From positions 1-47,222 of IMG/VR virus record IMGVR_UViG_3300000976_000008: 47,222 bases of DNA; one strand, 5' to 3'. The notes under the pieces are model-generated. The model worked only from the letters and a program-made list of their open reading frames with translations. It was not told where the DNA came from and did not search any database. This DNA comes from a virus. Its lineage: Duplodnaviria; Heunggongvirae; Uroviricota; Caudoviricetes. The position numbers were made by a program, and so were the translations under genes. Position 1 is the first letter of the stretch, and every line of letters starts with the position of its first letter. Positions 44,270 through 47,222 of this stretch are shown here, one piece after another.

Positions 44270-44800
44270 CTAAGTTTCCTCTGCCCAATCATATGCTACA
44301 GTAACTTCAACTAACTTAACGTTACTCTGCGTATAAGTCAGTTCACCGTGCTTAATCATCTTGGGCCAACTATTATTAAGTTTCCAATTCACCGCCTTAT
44401 CATCATCCCAAGTCGGTAAATGAACATTCAATAGAGAAATCTTCTTATAATCATTCGCCATCTGTAGACCATCTTCAGGAGTCCAAACTGTGCTCCTCCA
44501 TCTCTGCATATGGTCAATCAATCCAACACTATCATACCAAACAAATTTCACATCTTCCCAAACAACACCTTTGGCCCATTTATACTCCAAACTAGAACCG
44601 ACATATGAATCTGTTACAGCGGTAAATGTAGGAAGAGTAGCATCTTTTAACAAGACTATCGAAGAATCTCTGAAACTCACTTCTTCAAAAAGATCAAAAA
44701 CTTCCCATGTATATGAATAGAAGAATTCAGTTCTACCAGGTACTGCAGTAGGATTACCACCAATAGCACCATTAGGACCTGGAACAACAAAACCTGGCAT
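44270..44800 (-). CDS. Tail tube paralog 3 (gp19-fold)
   Basis: A.LP.F, WEDV....YD, W, W.L...WP, GEL.Y....V..V.VT..YDW. Confidence 0.8.
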   Translation of the reverse strand: MPGFVVPGPNGAIGGNPTAVPGRTEFFYSYTWEVFDLFEEVSFRDSSIVLLKDATLPTFTAVTDSYVGSSLEYKWAKGVVWEDVKFVWYDSVGLIDHMQRWRSTVWTPEDGLQMANDYKKISLLNVHLPTWDDDKAVNWKLNNSWPKMIKHGELTYTQSNVKLVEVTVAYDWAEET

Positions 44801-45402
44801 TATACTCTTCCTTCCACAGCTTTTTGGAATCGAAGAGTGACAGATGTGTCTGCTATATCAGTGGAGGCATAACTCAATTCAGATGGTTCTACCTTCACTG
44901 GCCAGCAATCTAACAGGTGGTAATTCCATACAGAATTACCAACCCCATCCAACATCGATAATTGACCACGTGCTAAATAATTCTCAGGCACAGCATGTGA
45001 AGAAGTCTGCAGATCTAGCATAATTGAAGACCACCAATTATACATCAACTCGGTGCAGTTATCATAGAAATTCCCTAAATCACCGCCGAGAGTTTCGTAG
45101 AAGGTCAGATTAATTGGCTTCCATCTGTTTTTGCCGGGTCTGTATATCTCATCCTGACCATTATGAATTACGATTTCATCCAATTCAGGTGAAGGTCTAG
45201 AAGCCTTGTAGCAATACAATAAGATCCCAGAAGCATCATCCCCAAAAAGCTGAGTTCCGTTAGTTTGCATCAATTCTAATTTATATCGATGCTTCCTAGC
45301 GGATTCTATCGCAAAATCAGCCCCAGCAAAAGCTGGTGGTTCCGTGAATGCATTATCGTCATGACATCCAACGGAAATTTGTGGAATATTGAACCCAGGC
45401 AT
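44800..45402 (-). CDS. Tail tube paralog 2 (gp19-fold)
   Basis: ASRPS, PGK..W.PI.LTFYE, L.MLDG.G, Y.L..CWP, ELSY, VTLRF. Confidence 0.85.
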   Translation of the reverse strand: MPGFNIPQISVGCHDDNAFTEPPAFAGADFAIESARKHRYKLELMQTNGTQLFGDDASGILLYCYKASRPSPELDEIVIHNGQDEIYRPGKNRWKPINLTFYETLGGDLGNFYDNCTELMYNWWSSIMLDLQTSSHAVPENYLARGQLSMLDGVGNSVWNYHLLDCWPVKVEPSELSYASTDIADTSVTLRFQKAVEGRV

Positions 45403-45418
45403 GTTATACCTACGATAT

Positions 45419-45452
45419 GAGAATGGCCTGGCGTAACCACCAGGCCATTCTC
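45419..45452 (-). promoter_or_regulatory. 13-bp stem-loop after the main tube gene (terminator, attenuator or mRNA stabiliser)
   Basis: GAGAATGGCCTGG (45419-45431) / 8-nt loop / CCAGGCCATTCTC (45440-45452); no U-tract on the minus strand. Confidence 0.65.
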
Positions 45453-45485
45453 TAGCTCACGCTCAAGGGGGGACTCTGAAAGAGC

Positions 45486-46085
45486 TTAGTTCTGCGGGCA
45501 GTTCGGTGAAATTGGAACTGGTGCAGGAGTCTGAACACAAGAACCATCAGATTGACCACGAACGGCACGGTCAAATCTCATAGTTGCTTCGCAAGTCATC
45601 AATTCAGTAGATGAGTAATCGAGTTCCTGCCAATTACATTCTGCAGGCCAAGTACCCATCATCGACCATTGCTCTGTTGTTTGGCCTGAGCCATCAAGCA
45701 TTAGCAATGCAGCTGTTCGCTTATAGAATCGAGGGTGTGCCACTGAAACAGACTGCATGTTAACAACAGTCTCAATCCAGTGATAAATCCCACGTGAGAT
45801 GTCGGGATCTTGTTCAGCATCATACCAAACCAAAGAAATTGGTTCCCAGTCTTGCTTACCGGCAAAACGAGCAACTTCTTGATTGTGGTGCATCTCAGGC
45901 TGTTCAAACTTGAAACTAGGCCGAGAAGCGGATTGCAAAACAAGCAATTCTGATTGGGAGAAAGTACCAGTACCGCGACCCAACGTTTCAAACACCCAAC
46001 GGTGCTTACGTCTGATCTCGATGGTATTTGCTGGCCCTTGGTCAGAATACCCACCTCCGAATGGATTAATATTAAAGCCAGGCAT
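45486..46085 (-). CDS. gp19: Major tail tube protein, gp19-like
   Basis: RKHRW, ASRPS, FAGKQDWEPISL..YD, Y.WIE, L.MLDG.G...EQW...GTWP, ELDYSS....E.TMRFD; SD GGAGG. Confidence 0.9.
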   Translation of the reverse strand: MPGFNINPFGGGYSDQGPANTIEIRRKHRWVFETLGRGTGTFSQSELLVLQSASRPSFKFEQPEMHHNQEVARFAGKQDWEPISLVWYDAEQDPDISRGIYHWIETVVNMQSVSVAHPRFYKRTAALLMLDGSGQTTEQWSMMGTWPAECNWQELDYSSTELMTCEATMRFDRAVRGQSDGSCVQTPAPVPISPNCPQN

Positions 46086-46139
46086 TACAGTCCTCCAATG
46101 GATTCAATTCTATGATATCTTTGACAGAAAGATTGTGGT

Positions 46140-46754
46140 CTAGGAAATTTTAATTGCCTCAAACCAATTCTCGTCACCGACACCACTATACCCTTTGTGT
46201 GATACAACTATTTCATTTGGAAACATTGCTTGAAGTTCTGGCAGATTCTTAGCCATCCAAACATGTCTCTCGTTGCACGGTTCTGCCGAGAGAGGCGTCG
46301 ATAGGAAGATCTTACCACCAACCTTCAACTTCTTATTGAATTGATCCGTGACAGTCTTTATTTGTTCTGGGTAGATGTGTTCTATCACATCAAACATGAT
46401 TATATTATCGAATGCTACATCCAAATGAGGTAGAAAATCAACAAAGTCTGCAATTATTATTGCCACTTTATCCGATAATTTTGGTTCTTTCTCAAGACTC
46501 TCCATAAAGAGCTTGCCAGCATCGTAACTGTAATCGAAAGCCCACACAGACTTAACTTTAGGATTCCTAGCGGTTTTGATAGATAATTCACCTCTACCAA
46601 AACCAATATCTGCAACCACTCCCTCTATTTGTGGTCCTATCCAAGTATCGTATATCTTCAATCTAGGACTTGGATTATCGATTGTGAAATCGAAGCCTTC
46701 ACACGATGATTTATAATATTCAATATCGTATAAAGTTCTCGGAGGACTTTTCAT
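46140..46754 (-). CDS. Class I SAM-dependent methyltransferase
   Basis: Motif I VADIGFGRG, motif II FDYS, FDNIIMFDVIEHI, LKVGGKIFLSTP. Confidence 0.9.
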   Translation of the reverse strand: MKSPPRTLYDIEYYKSSCEGFDFTIDNPSPRLKIYDTWIGPQIEGVVADIGFGRGELSIKTARNPKVKSVWAFDYSYDAGKLFMESLEKEPKLSDKVAIIIADFVDFLPHLDVAFDNIIMFDVIEHIYPEQIKTVTDQFNKKLKVGGKIFLSTPLSAEPCNERHVWMAKNLPELQAMFPNEIVVSHKGYSGVGDENWFEAIKIS

Positions 46755-46756
46755 AT

Positions 46757-46794
46757 ATAAAAAGAGGAGCCAACTACGGGACGCTGGCTCCTCT
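46757..46794 (-). terminator. Rho-independent terminator after the tail sheath gene
   Basis: AGAGGAGCCA (46763-46772) pairs with TGGCTCCTCT (46785-46794); minus-strand read continues TTTTAT. Confidence 0.75.
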
Positions 46795-46813
46795 CCTCTC
46801 ACTCAACAGTCTT

Positions 46814-47222
46814 CTATGTCGAAGTCTGAGCAGTAACAATACCACCAGCAGCCAGAATTTCTTCAGCAGAGAAACTAGCACCAGTTCTCAGAACAGTAAG
46901 ATTCAAAACAACGAATTCAACTGTTTTAGTGGGCTGCAAGAAGACAGATACCCAAAGTTCGTTGCGATCAATTCGCTCTGGAGTGTTATTCGTTTGGTCA
47001 ACAACCACTTTGTAAGCAGTCAAGCCACGTCGAGACTGAACATCAGCCAAGAACGGTTCAATAGTCGCAGATACTTGCTTCCACAAGACACGATCGTTTG
47101 GTTCGAAGATGAAGTTTCGGAGCAAACGAATCAAATTCTTCTTAACGAAGATCAACATCATTCGGACGTTAACCCGGTCAAGAGCAGATGATGTTCGTTG
47201 TAAGGTTCTTTGACCCCAAACT
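46814..47222 (-). CDS. gp18: Tail sheath protein, gp18-like (C-terminal part; continues beyond the window)
   Basis: VWGQRTL....ALDRVNVRMML.F, FIFEPND..LW, F...V...RG...Y.VVVD..NNTP..IDRNEL...V.LQPTK..EF..L. Confidence 0.96.
   Translation of the reverse strand, partial: VWGQRTLQRTSSALDRVNVRMMLIFVKKNLIRLLRNFIFEPNDRVLWKQVSATIEPFLADVQSRRGLTAYKVVVDQTNNTPERIDRNELWVSVFLQPTKTVEFVVLNLTVLRTGASFSAEEILAAGGIVTAQTST

Noticed and set aside
46706-47191. 161-aa + strand ORF
   Set aside because: Antisense to the clearly conserved sheath gene; no supporting motifs.
1-47222. Alternative genetic code (stop-codon reassignment, as in some large phages)
   Set aside because: Core genes are full length in the standard code, and TAA, TAG and TGA all end genes at sensible positions.
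21302-47222. Bacterial T6SS or extracellular contractile injection system locus
   Set aside because: Capsid, portal, protease, terminase and replication genes are in the same window, so this is a phage.
1-47222. CRISPR array, tRNA or rRNA genes
   Set aside because: No regularly spaced repeats and no cloverleaf or rRNA-like sequence seen; intergenic gaps are mostly under 100 nt. A tRNAscan/Infernal run would be needed to exclude small RNAs.

Overview
The window is a 47-kb segment of a large lytic T4-superfamily myovirus (contractile tail), almost all on the minus strand and in the standard genetic code. In transcription order it holds: tail sheath (3' part), an inserted SAM methyltransferase, three tail-tube paralogs, a gp26/gp51-like chaperone locus, primase, a ~7-kb accessory operon, tape measure, baseplate genes (tube initiator, gp53, an inverted gp27-like hub, gp5, gp25, gp6), a cupin, a gp59-like loader, class II RNR, a DUF1559 prepilin-like gene, UvsW, a gp55-like late sigma factor, terminase, portal, a 988-aa core protein, prohead protease, scaffold and major capsid protein. 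The strongest leads are: (1) a phage-borne PspA/YjfI-J-K-L-M-type envelope-stress cassette, apparently co-transcribed with a complete 6-TM voltage-gated K+ channel; (2) a probable +1/-2 programmed frameshift (AGC UUU UUU CGC) that would make both a gp26-like and a gp51-like chaperone from one locus; (3) a Planctomycetota-type DUF1559 pilin-like gene that points to a planctomycete host; (4) a late sigma factor with a Zn-ribbon inserted in region 2, plus a candidate late-promoter motif; (5) an identical C-terminal pentapeptide (NVSNL) on portal and capsid protein. All family assignments come from motif recognition by eye; no database search was run.
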